Shown here one piece after another: positions 63,061-64,000 of a stretch of 64,000 nt of DNA. Numbering within the stretch: the stretch's first letter is position 1; the number at the start of each line of letters is the position of its first letter. The DNA is from Octopus sinensis. Taxonomy: Eukaryota. A program made the translations under genes and the position numbers. The notes under the pieces were generated by a model. That model saw nothing but the letters and a program-made list of their open reading frames with translations. It had not been told where the DNA came from and did no database searches. The stretch covers positions 86,552,001-86,616,000 of the forward strand of contig NC_043006.1 of assembly GCF_006345805.1 (NCBI RefSeq), in the 5' to 3' direction.

Positions 63061-64000
63061 TTTTGCGATCATGGTTTCAATTCCTAGACCAGTGGTGCAT
63101 TGTGTTCTCAAGAAAGCACTTTACTTCCACTCGACTGTAAATGAGTAACTCTTTGACAAACTGACTTTCTGCTCAGGGGAACGTTGGACTACCTACTAAG
63201 GCTAAGGCAGGAGAGTGACATCATTCGAAAGCTACAATGTGCAGAAGTGCTTTGTGGTCAGTGGTGTATAACAACCTCTGATAGCCTGGATGATACAATG
63301 ATATAATTATGTACCACACACATACATGCAGATACACAAGTAAGTAAACAAACAAAAGTAGCACTCACTGTATTTGGCAGGAGTTACATGTACGGTAGGA
63401 GTTAAGTCAAATTGATATTTGATACACACACACATGTATACAGCAGTCAAACAACATTTACTTATATCACACTACACTAGAGGGGGCAACTGCCACATAC
63501 TAAGCTTTATAACACAAAACTGCATAAAAGAACACTAGTAAATAACACTGCAAAGAATTCTCCACTTAAATAAATGAATAATGATGGCAGTGTTAGTTAT
63601 GACACACCACAATAAACACGTAAACAGCACACATACTACAAACAAAATAGACATATGACTAATTGATTAATCTAGTAATCAGTCTTTAAATTCTGGCCTA
63701 ATCATATAAATATCTTAACAAACTTTAGTGGTAAGGGTTATATAAATCACATTTGCCTATCACAAAGGAGTCAGTTATAGATAGCAATGACACCTTACAT
63801 CCTGATAATATTGTGAAAGTCTAGAAATGCTGATGATTATGATGAATTTAAGAACTTCACTGTTCAAACAAACTTTAAAGGACACAAATGAAAAACATGT
63901 TAAAATCTAGATAAGGGAACTAGAACCAGGAGCAGTCATATTCTTCATTATGTCAACATCAAAAACTGTTCCCTATATAAATGCATACATGCATGCATGT

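Noticed and set aside
63474-63490. CTCF-like motif ACACTAGAGGGGGC
   Set aside because: A single imperfect short match, expected by chance in 64 kb.

Overview
AT-rich, microsatellite-dense animal genomic DNA. The SINE/RTE repeat repertoire is the one I associate with Octopus (cephalopod); this is an inference. The window lies inside a minus-strand host gene. Three consecutive, phase-compatible coding exons (46626-46681, 11670-11817, 1140-1213; phases 0-2-0-2) splice to IFQPEDRTILLHDLSCMAR-VGKVNYSLYLDASEYLVQENEYVPFVTGISDLLKLDKYLVYTPYYEFYR-NYILKLIINQIKILGWENEGSAFT, the C-terminal (ERAP1_C-type) domain of an M1 aminopeptidase (APN/ENPEP/ERAP family). The introns are 10.5 kb, 34.8 kb and >17 kb. 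They are filled with decayed transposons: mariner and maT-type Tc1/mariner, piggyBac-like, Helitrons, a near-complete old Ty3/Gypsy element, RTE, CR1-like, RLE-type and Penelope-like retroelements, at least four tRNA-SINE families and long (AT)/(AC) arrays. The most unusual object is a young ~890-bp palindrome at 47301-48193. It is built from a 363-bp non-coding monomer carrying a minimal type I hammerhead ribozyme with a compensatory U3-A8 core, resembles a retrozyme or Penelope pLTR, and sits ~0.6-1.5 kb upstream of a host exon. All alignments and counts were done by eye.
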